From NCBI GenBank assembly GCA_003971905.1, contig RSEE01000020.1, positions 682,001 through 746,000 on the forward strand: DNA of 64,000 nt, in the 5' to 3' direction. This DNA comes from Moniliella sp. 'wahieum' (taxonomy: Eukaryota). Under the pieces are notes generated by a model. It searched no databases. It was not told the origin of the DNA and was given only the letters and a program-made list of their open reading frames with translations. A program made the position numbers and the translations under genes. Below are positions 52,636 through 64,000 of the stretch, piece after piece. Position 1 is the first letter of the stretch. The number at the start of each line of letters is the position of its first letter.

Positions 52636-53028
52636 ATGGCATCCACCATCAAGTCGGTCAAGAACATCGTTCCCCTGCTGGACCGCGTGCTGGTGCAGCG
52701 CTTCAAGGCGGAGACCAAGACAGCCTCGGGCCTCTACTTGCCTAGCTCTGCGACCCAGTCGCCTTTGCCAGAGGCGCACGTTGTCGCTGCTGGCCCCGGC
52801 GCTCTCACCAAGGATGGCCAGACGATCCCCATGAGCGTCAAGGCTGGCGACAAGGTCCTGCTCCCTGGTTTGGGGCGGTAGCTCCATCAAGGTGGGCGAG
52901 GAGGTACGTCACTTCTCCTTCCATTTGGTTTTGCCAACACGCCTTCTGACTGTCGTCTTTGACGTAACGACTGGTAGGAGTACCTCCTTATCAAGGACAG
53001 CGAAATCCTGGCCAAGCTCAATGAGTAA
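52636..53028 (+). CDS. HSP10: Mitochondrial co-chaperonin Hsp10 (intron 52904-52977; one indel)
   Basis: PLLDRVLVQRFKAETKTASGLYLP..VVAAGPG..VKAGDKVLLP, and exon 2 EYLLIKDSEILAKLNE*. Confidence 0.96.
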
Positions 53029-53395
53029 TACTCCATCAGCATTAAAATGCATTGACTTGGGGGCGCCCCTTTGTTAACCTCCTGGCAGTTAGTCCTCATC
53101 CATACAAGAAGTGTACCTGTTTCCGGTTCCCACCTACAAAAGCTCCAACTATCGTCATCATTCCTGCGTTTCTCATGTAAGACAAGGAGAACCACCGGGC
53201 CGACGGCCCGGTCAGCTGGGGCGAAGCCCCAGCTGCCGTTCCCCCTTCGCCACCGTAGCCACCGTTCCACCGTCGCCAACACCGACATAGGAATAATATC
53301 ACCGATTCGTTCTGGCTGCAGGGGGGGTGGAACGTGGCACGGGGCAGCTGATGTAAAAAGTGCACAGGGCGAATGGAGGAATTCATAACGCAGAC

Positions 53396-53831
53396 GGTGG
53401 TGCATGAGAGCACCGCAACCCCCTTGGAACGCCGGGAGAAGGAGCTGCTTCGGATGCTTGAACAAGCAGAATGCGACAAGAACGCCAAGTACCAGGGACG
53501 CACTCAAGAGCCGTTTTTCCCCCTGGTTTTGACGACGCGAGGATACTACGGCACCAAGACGGCGGGCAAGTTGTTCGCGCATTGGAAGGAGTTGGCTACT
53601 AAGTCTCAGTGGAAATGGTTCCTCGCTCGGATGTCAACCACGTTCCTCCGTGTCCACACGCGCTTCCTAGGGTACGGGACCGGATGGCGTGAGCCGGAGG
53701 GTCCTGATATCCTGGCGATCCCCCTGGTCCCTTGACCCTGGTGGCGCCCCCAAGTAACCCCCGCAAGATGAACGGTTAGGTTTAGACGTAGCGTTCCCCC
53801 TGTCCCAGCCTTAAGCTCTGTCAATGAAATG
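53396..53831 (+). repeat. Dispersed ~435-bp repeat, copy 2
   Basis: Highly similar to 35836-36271, including the sequence after the stop codon. Confidence 0.9.
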
Positions 53832-54077
53832 GACGTGACTTAGGGATGTGTGCGCACAGAAAATCTTACGTGGGTGACGACACATTGACCTTCCGATGGG
53901 CTGGGGTCTGGCTGCCAAACACTGAACGAGCGAGTCTGGTATGAGCTAAGCGATTCAGTAGCTACGTAGCTAAATGGATGGCACACAAAGGGTGAAGATG
54001 GTTAGATCGTAGTTTTGGTATTGAATGGTGACAAGTCGTTACTGGCTCATGAAAAGGAAACCAGCCCAAGAGGCCAC

Positions 54078-55464
<1,387 letters not shown>

Positions 55465-56595
55465 GGCGATGGGAAGGGAAACAATTGCTGGAGACAGATG
55501 GGTGAGGAGGAGGTCGAGGGGGAAGGGCGTGGGGAGCGTGTTTAAATACAGACAGATGGGGGCCGGGGTGGCATGGAAACCGAGAGTGTATCACACAGGT
55601 GGTTCTGCGCCCACTTGGGGGCGCACAGGCGCCGGGCCACAGCACGCACTGGCGCCGTGCGGCTGGGGCAGCGCTCGCGTACATTTCAAATCGTCAAGTG
55701 CCCAAGCCAGCAGTGTCGCGCGAATCAAACCAACAGCACCGGCCGCTGCCCCCACCACAGCCAGCAGCAGCACCCACCAAACTCAGCCCTCGGCATGACC
55801 TGACTTGGCCCGCCGCCCCCACCTCGCCATGCCTCGCCCTGCTGCCATCCCCACCACTGCGCCACCCGTGCACATCGGTTGCATCATACGCGTCCTACAA
55901 CTCAGCCCTCAGCACAACTGTCCCCATCATCACAGCCCATCTCAATCTCCCCCGTCACCACGGTACTTGCTACTCGGTGCGCGCGTCAGCATGTCCATCT
56001 CAGCTGTCCCACAAAGCTCCCAAGGCCCAACCCCTCGTCCGTCAGCACATCAGCTCAGCTCCTGTAGCTTCTATAGCTTCTAGCACTTTTATCCCCCTCC
56101 CCGTCGTCCACAGGCTTGTCCATCACACCTCGCACCTCCTACATGACATGTGACAGCTGCCCCAGCGGTTCGCACCGTCCTCACATTCTCAGATCCTCCA
56201 ACTGAAGGCTTCATATTGGCGCACTCGCATGGATAGCGGCTCAGCCCGCCCGCCCCCCCACTACCATTTTCAATCCCCATCCACTTGTTGGGCTACAAAG
56301 ACGGCAGTTTTCATGCATTGGCATGGCAGAGCTTGACGGTCCCATACCAAAGGGTGGGAGAAGAATGGCGGGCAAAACAGCTAGCAAAGCTTCCTTGAGA
56401 TGATCTCGTGAGATATATATGCGGGGGTGGAGATGGAGAATGGCAAGGGACGAAGCTCATAAAGCGTCGAGTAGGGGCCCAAATCGATCGCAGATCGAGC
56501 TGGAGGTTCAGCGTTCAGCAACCATGCATGTGGATACGGTCGCACTCTGGGTACCAACCTGAGATACCGAGTCACTCGTTCCATAGGACGAGCTC

Positions 56596-58366
56596 TCAGA
56601 GCAGCTCAAACTCCTGCTTGGAGGGGTCGGCATCAACGAGCTTGCCCGGATTCATAATGTCGAACGGATCAATCTGGTTCATAATGTTGCGGTAAAGGGT
56701 GACGGTGCCTGCACCAAGTTCGGCATCGAGGTACATCTTTTTGCCGATCCCCACCCCATGTTCCCCCGAGGCGGTCCCTCCCAATGCCTGCGCTTGCCGG
56801 TTCATCCGGTGCACCACTGCCTTGACCCGGCTCAGCGTCTCCTCGTCCCGCTCGCGGTAAATCAAGATAGCGTGGACGTTGCCGTCGGCCACATGGCCCA
56901 GCAGCGGGCCAAATAACTTTTGCTCATCAATGTCGGCTCGGGTGCGTTGCAGCAAGGCCGACAGCTCCCCCGTCGGTACACATACATCTGTCACCCACGC
57001 ACGCCACGGCCCGTACTTGGCCTCGGCATCGGGCGCTTCGGGAACAACAGGCAACGGGTTGGCCAACGCCGACCACAGTCCTTCCTTGCGCGCCTTCCAC
57101 AACTGATCAATCTTTTGCTGATCGTCACCATACTGCACTTGGCCAGCCCCATGCTGCTGGAGCAAAGCTTGGGTCACCTTCCAGTCGGCTGCAATGTGGT
57201 CCGCTGTCGCACCCTGCAACTTGATGAAGAGCATTGGCGTCTCCTTTCCGGGCAGGCGGAACGCAGTTGGGTCCTTGGCGGCGGCTCGGTTCATGGCCCC
57301 TACCATGGGCGCATCGGCCAGTTCGACACATTGGGGCATCACACCCGTCTTGACCAGCGCACTGGCCGCTGCAATCGCCTGGTCCACCGTAGCAAACGTG
57401 CAATGGCCACAGCCTGGGGCAAAATGGGTTCCAGTCGCAACGTGACGGCAGTGATGACGCCCAACGTGGCTTCTGAACCGACAAAGAGGTTGGTCATGTT
57501 AGGACCAACGGAAGATTTGCGCGCGCGGGAGCGGGTCGTGATTTTTTCCCCATTGGGCAGCACCACCGTCACATTGGCCACTGCATGTTCGCCCCGCATG
57601 GTGCCGTACCGTAGTGCATTTGTGCCACTGCACCCGGTTGCCACCATGCCACCAATGGTGGCTGTCGGACCGGGTCAACGGGGAAAAACAGGCCCGTACC
57701 ACGCCGAGCCAGCTCGTCGTTGAGCTCTTGCCACCCAATTCCCGGCTGGACCGTGATATCGCCATCGGCTTCCGAGATGCGAAGGATGCGCGCATCCGGG
57801 AAAAGTCGAGGCATACACTCCGCCTACCATCGTACGTAGGGCTAGGAGCGGAGGTCTGTGCCTCGAGCGAAGAGCCACCACCATAGGGGATGATGGGTAC
57901 GTTGTGTGCCGCACACGCCTTGACCACCACCACACATCCTCCTCCGACTCGGGCAGGACCACTGCGCCGTGGGGGTGGGTGGCATGGTGGGACCAGGGCG
58001 AGGCACCGCGCACCTCGGTTGTGGTTCCATTGAGCGTGATCTGGTCCTCCTTTAGCGAGGCGCGGATGTCCGACAGCGCACCGGGCAGGTCGGGGGTGGG
58101 GGGTGAGACGCATCTACGAGGTGCGGCGCGAGATCGGTGTGGAAGGCGTCCCCGTGCGGTTCCTGGCTCTGCACCGCCGGCACACACGCCTTGTACACCA
58201 CCCCGGCAGTCACCACTGCTGTGACGGCGACCGCGCCGACCAGCTGGCCTCGGCCACCACGAGGAGCAGGGGGGGCAGTGTGGAGGAGGCGGGGGCACAC
58301 GGCGAGGGTGGAAGAGGGGCGGACGGGGCGCGCGCGTGCAATAAGAGGCGGAAGACGAAGGGGCAT
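56596..58366 (-). CDS. DLD1: FAD-linked D-lactate dehydrogenase (cytochrome), mitochondrial; indels
   Basis: [76 protein letters not shown]. Confidence 0.9.
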
Positions 58367-60448
58367 GGGAGTGTGGGGAGGGGAATGGTGATGGAGGGAG
58401 ATGGTGGTGGAGGAGGGAGTGCAAGTGCAGGACGCAGCTGGGATTGATTAGCAAGGAGCTCGTAGCCCACGGGACACTGGACACCTGCTAAAGTTGCGCT
58501 ACTTGGGCCTGCCGAAGAAGAAGCGGGGTGCTGAGCTCAGCCCGAGTGTGAGCTGAGCGGCTGAGCAGCTCACCGCTCGCGCACCTCCCTCCCCTCTCCA
58601 CTCTCCATCCTCCACCCTCCACCGGGCGAGCGGGAGGCGCACCCGGCGACCGGCATCCGGCAACTGGCAGCCGCCGACAGCACAACAATCCTTACACTCT
58701 TCCAGCTTCCAGCTTCCAGCTTCCAGCTTCAAGCGCCATCGATCATCGCAGACTCGCCCCACTCCCCCGCCCATCTCGATCACTGGGCGGAGCCGCCCGG
58801 GGTTTATAATGTAGCACCACCTCTCCCCCATCAAAGTACTGACGTCACTAGCACTGCCCCGCGCTTGCTGTGACGTGTGCATGTGATGTCGACCCCCGTC
58901 CCACTCCTGTCCCAGACATCCCACACCTCCCCCTCCCCAACCTGGACGCGGTTCAGATCCAGCGGTCAGAGTTCTGATCCCATAACCAGTAACCCATGCC
59001 ACCCTTCTCACCACCCCAATCCCATGCCCACTTCGCGCGTCCATACGCCTAGGCCTTCCTGCTGAGCAACGCAACGTGTTCCTGTGTTCCTGTGTTCCTC
59101 GAGCCCCCCTCCTCCGCCCCCCGGCCAGACCAGAAGACAATCGGCGTTGTGCGTCAACAGCAACATGAAGGGCGTGGCGAGGGGACAAGAAAGACGAAGA
59201 GATGCCCGACTCGCGCTAGGCCTGCCCGCCCAACCCCTCCCTCGGCTTTGTACGCAAGACGTATCAAGGGAAGCGATCCGCGGCGAAGCGTTTGTTGGTT
59301 CGCTCAGCGTGGGTCTTCAGCCATCCACTCGGCGCGCAACGGAAAGCTGAAAGACCCCTCTGATGACCAGCACCGTTCATGCCTGTGTGGCAGGAGCGGC
59401 AGGACCGACACGGGACAGTTTGTATTGGGAGGTGTTGGGGACCTTAGGGACCAAGTGGGACCAGGGGGGACAGGGGGAGCTGGGATCTAGGAAACCACAC
59501 TCGCCCGCCGTTCTACCTATTGCACCGCGGCCCAGTTGGGTCCAACCTTTTCCCTGTCTCTGTCCTCCGCCCACAGTGCGAGGGAGCGTTTGGCGAGCCT
59601 CGCGAGGTGGCTTATACAGGGCCCGAGAAGGCTCCCATGTGATCTCTCATGTCACACCGCGCGGCCTCCAAAGCGCGGCGCGGCGCACCTCAGCACCAAG
59701 CCCAGCACCTTGTTCTTGCTCCAGGGCCACACCCACTGCAAGGTGGCTGCGGGGCTGCTGCAGGTCGCAAAGGTGGCCGGCCATGGTGACTGGTCAGGCC
59801 TCAGGCCGGTCAGGTGACCTGGCGCGTCGTATCCTATCCTATATTATCGTATCCGTTCTTTCCTTAGTACTATGTTCGGCCTGCTCGTCCCCGCTTCCTG
59901 CGCGGCTCGCTGGCCCGCTACACTGCATACTGAACACCGAGTACTAAGACAGACGCTTGAGGCAGAGAGGCACACGGGGCCAACGCAACGTTGGTAAGTG
60001 CAGCAGTAGGCAGACGAGCCGACGGCTCTCCTGAGCGGAGGCATGTTGGTGCGAGTTGAGGCCGGAGGCTCAGTGATGCTAGCAATGCTAGTAGTGAACC
60101 TAAACCTAATACCTCTGAGCGTTCGTTCCATACAGCAAGGGGTGGGGGGTGAACGAGTGAAGCAGGCAGGGTGGCAAATCGATCAACCGGGGCTCTGGTC
60201 GGCAATACTGAATCGATTCAATCATCTATGGCATAGGGGAGACACGAGACTCCAAGTCAAGTGGAATAGTGAGACGGAGCGAGAGCCACAGCTTTTCTTC
60301 ATATCCAACATGTCGCACTAGATGTACATGCAAGGGGGGGTGGGGAAAGGAAGCGGAGAGGACGACGCGACAGCCCAAAGTCAAAAAGCCAAAGCCTGAC
60401 TGGAATTGCCAGCTGTAGCCTTAGGCGGTAAGCCTTAAGCCCTCAAGC

Positions 60449-62938
60449 TTAAGCCTTTCCGGCCTGGGCAGCCATCAAGTTCAATGCCGAGCCGGCCTTG
60501 AACCAGCCAATCTGGCCCTCGTTGTACGTGGGCGAGGGGGATCTTGTCCTCCGACCCGTCCTCGTGGTGAGCGACCAGGGTGATCGTCGAGCCGGGCGCC
60601 ATCTCCGTCACACCCTCGAGGTCAACAAGGTCAGTGGGCTTGACCTTGTCATAGTCCTTGGGGTCCTTAAAGGTAAGCGCGAGCATGCCCTGCTTCTTGA
60701 GGTTGGTCTCGTGGATACGGGCAAAGGAGCGCGTGATGATCGCCCGGCCACGAGGTTAGCGCGGCTCAAGCGCAGCGTGCTCACGCGACGAGCCCTCACC
60801 GTAGTTCTCGTCACCAATTACCACCCCACGGCTTGCCTGCTCGCGGTAAGCGATGGCCGTGGCCGGCACAGCGCCCCACTCGCCCGTGAACCTGTTCTGC
60901 ACCTCGTTGGCCTTGCCGTTGGCCTCGTTGATCGCGCCAATGAGACAGTTGTTCGAAATGTTCTGCAAGTGGCCACGGTACTTGAGCCAGGGGCCACCAG
61001 CCGAGATGTGGTCGGTGGTGCACTTGCCCTTGGCCTTGATCAGAATCGGCAGACCCGTAGGGTTCTTGCCGTCCCACTTGGCAAATGGCGCAAGCTTCTG
61101 CAGACGGTCCGACTCGGGCTGATCGCCACGTTGATCGAGGCACCGTCAGCAGGAGGGCCTGGTACGTGTTCTCACCAGGGGTCGTAGCCCTTGGCCGGAA
61201 GCTCAATGCCCTTGGGCTCCGAGAACTTGAACTCCTTGCCGTCAGCGCCTTGAGCGAGTCGGTCAGGGGGTTGAAGGTGAGGCGGCGGCGAAAAAGCATG
61301 GCCGTCACCTGTCGGGCGAGGGCAACGAACGGTGCGTGGCAGGGTTGGCATCGTACGGCCAGTAAAGTTACGGTTGTACGAGGTGATGATCGAGTTCTTC
61401 TCGCCCTTGGCAACATCCTTGCGGTCCCATTGGCCAATGCAAGGGCCGCATGCGTTGGCAAGCACGATACCACCGCCTTCTCCAGGGTCTCCATCTGGCC
61501 ATCACGCTCAATCGTAGCGCGGATCTGCTCCGAGCCGGGCGTGACAGTGTAGCCCGAAACGGTCTTGAGGCCGTGAGATTCAGCCTCGGCAGCAATGTAT
61601 GCGGCACGGCTCATGTCCTCGTACGACGAGTTGGTGCACGAGCCAATGAGAGCCACCTTGAGCTCCTCGGGCCAGTCGTTCTTCTTGACCGCTTCAGCAA
61701 ACTTGGAGATGGGGGTAGCAAGGTCAGGGGTGAAGGGACCGTTGATGGGGGCTCGAGGTTGTCGAGGTCAATGGTGATGTGCTTATCGTACGAAGCGTCA
61801 GCGTCGGGAAGGAGGTACTTCTGGAACTTGGAAGCGTACGCGGCAATGTCACCACGCTTGGTCGCCTTGAGGTAGGCCTCCGTGCGCTCGTTGAAGGGGA
61901 AGAGCGAGGTGGTCGCACCAATCTCAGCACCCATGTTGCAGATCGTGGCCATGCCGGTAGCCGAGAGCGACGAGACACCGGTGCCCTTGTACTCAATGAT
62001 GGCGCCAGTGCCACCCTTGACGGTGAGCTCGCCGGCAACCTTAAGAATGACGTCCTTGGGCGCAGTCCAGCCCGACAGCTTGCCCTTCAGCTCAACACCG
62101 ACCACCTTGGGGCACTTGAGCTCCCAAGGCAGGTTGGCCATCACGTCCACCGCATCAGCTCCACCGACACCGCAGGCAATCATGTTGAGACCACCAGCGT
62201 TGGGGGTGTGCGAGTCGGTACCAATCATCAGACCACCAGGGAAGGCGGCGTAGTTCTCGAGAATGATCTGGTGGATGATACCCGACCCAGGCTTCCAGAA
62301 GCCAATGCCGTACTTGGCCGTGCAGGTGGCAAGGAAGTCGTAGACCTCCTTGTTGATCTGCTTGGCGCGGGCAAGGTCAGCTTCACCGCCAACCTGGGCC
62401 TGGATCAAGTGGTCACAGTGCACCGTGGTGGGGACAGCCGTCTTGGGGAGACCAGCCGACATGAACTGGAGCAGGGCCATCTGGGCAGTAGCGTCTTGGC
62501 AGGCGACACGCTACAGAGAGGCAAGGAAGAAGCGGTCAGCAAGTGTCACGCACCAAAGCAAGGCTATGCTGCAAGCGAGAGAGAGAGCAAGTACTCACGT
62601 CCGGGCGCAGCTTGAGGTAGGAGACACCACGCTCAATGTCCTGGGTGGGGGTCGTCCAAGTGGCCGTAGAGAATCTTCTCCGACATGGTGAGGGGGCGGT
62701 TGAGGCGCTGCTGGACGATCTGGAGGTTGTCGTAGATGCGCTTGTAGTTGATGAAGTGGCCCTTGCCCACCTCGAGGGGCGACATCTCGACCTTCTCGTT
62801 GAACATGGCGGGGTCGACGTCGGGGACCTGCTCTGCGACCGTGGCGGATGCGTACCCGCGGGTGGCCGCAGGGATGCGGGTGCTGGCCAGGGCAGCGCCA
62901 CGGCGGGCGGAGGTGCGGAGGAGCGGGGCAGCGAGCAT
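60449..62938 (-). CDS. ACO1: Mitochondrial aconitate hydratase (intron 62511-62598; indels)
   Basis: Presequence, then [70 protein letters not shown]. Confidence 0.97.
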
Positions 62939-63763
62939 GGCGTCGGCTGCGCGGGAGAAGGGCGGTGGTGGTGGGACAGAAGGCAGCCGGAGGCCTAGCT
63001 GGGCTGGGCTGCCTGCGAGCGCCAGCCGTCGCTTTTTAATCCAGCCGCCGAGGCCGCGGGCGCGGGCACGGCGCCAGTGGCGGCGCGTGCGGGGGAAGGC
63101 GGGGGACGCGGGCGCAGGGGCAGTATCCGGAGGCCGCGGCTGCCTTTGAAAACGAGCGGTGGCTCGTGGCATGCCGCCGCACCGGTGCTGTGCGCATGCG
63201 AGCCAACCCTACGGCCGCTGACAAATGGGCGCGATGTGCAGCCGGCAGTGCGCGGGCGTTTGGGCCGGGCCAAGCCGGAGATGGCAGTCGCAGCCCCTGC
63301 GTGTGCATCGCTCATGCATGTGCGTGCAGGCGGTGACACGCCCGGGCAGCCGGATAGCCGGGCAGCCGGGCAGCCGGAGAACGTCAACCGGCAGCAGGCG
63401 AGCCGGGCTGTCACATGTCACATGTCACATGCCATGTGGCAGCGGCGCAAGCGGGGCTACGCGGGTGCATGCGCCACCTGCTTTGGGCCAGCGTGAATGC
63501 ATGCGTTGCCTGCCAAATATCAAATCCCAGTCCCGACACAGGGGGATGTGCGGGGTCACGTGCCAACCCAGTCTGAGCGCACCTCAACTCAACCAACGCA
63601 GTTTACCCCAGACGCTCGCTTGGGCCATCTCCTGTCTGGCCACGCTACTAAAAGGGCGTGGAGGCACGGACATATATGTCACTTGGTGTTCCTTCCTAAG
63701 GCAACGAGAGCGAGAGAATCGTAGCAACGCACAGGCACGTGCTCGCCTGCTCCCCACCCCCCA

Positions 63764-64000
63764 TCACCCCCACTGCACCAGCCCCGCGTCCGACGCATCC
63801 TCCACCTCGTCATCGTCCACGCACAAGTTGTCGTCCACGTGCCCCTCGTGCCCGTCGCCCGGCGTCGCAGGCGACCCTCCCACCCGACGCGTCAGCCGAC
63901 GCACGCCCGTGGAAGCCCGCGATCGTGTCTGCACCCAGTCCAATCCCATCCACTCCGTCAGCCCCCACCCATCCGCAAGCCCTCCGGGAAAACACAACAT
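63764..64000 (-). CDS. Possible 3' end of an unidentified gene entering from beyond the window
   Basis: Open acidic frame ending DDNLCVDDDEVEDASDAGLVQWG*. No recognisable motif. Confidence 0.25.
   Translation of the reverse strand: MLCFPGGLADGWGLTEWMGLDWVQTRSRASTGVRRLTRRVGGSPATPGDGHEGHVDDNLCVDDDEVEDASDAGLVQWG

Overview
GC-rich, intron-poor fungal nuclear DNA; gene content and intron style suggest a basidiomycete, probably Ustilaginomycotina (inference). Nearly every long gene, including essential ones, is split across reading frames by single-base indels, which points to an unpolished long-read assembly rather than pseudogenes. On the + strand (1-40.3 kb) are KEL3-like, BRO1, LCB2, a DedA/VTT membrane protein, a divergent NBS1, a two-finger GATA factor, RPL38, a class IV-like chitin synthase, an UNC-93-like MFS transporter, cytosolic HSP70 and a small candidate Zn-ribbon gene. 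Mostly on the - strand (41-64 kb) are an Nrg1-like C2H2 factor, head-to-head HSP60/HSP10, enolase, FAD D-lactate dehydrogenase and aconitase. Mobile or relic DNA comprises a decayed Ty1/copia element, two related solo-LTR-like elements (one with a perfect 5-bp TSD) and a dispersed decayed gene family that may be FunK1 kinases. The most unusual signal is about 20 non-coding fields of tandem 5-7 bp palindromes that differ in sequence but are all centred on T-N-A, suggesting a repeated cut/hairpin/repair process. No rRNA, tRNA or CRISPR array was seen.
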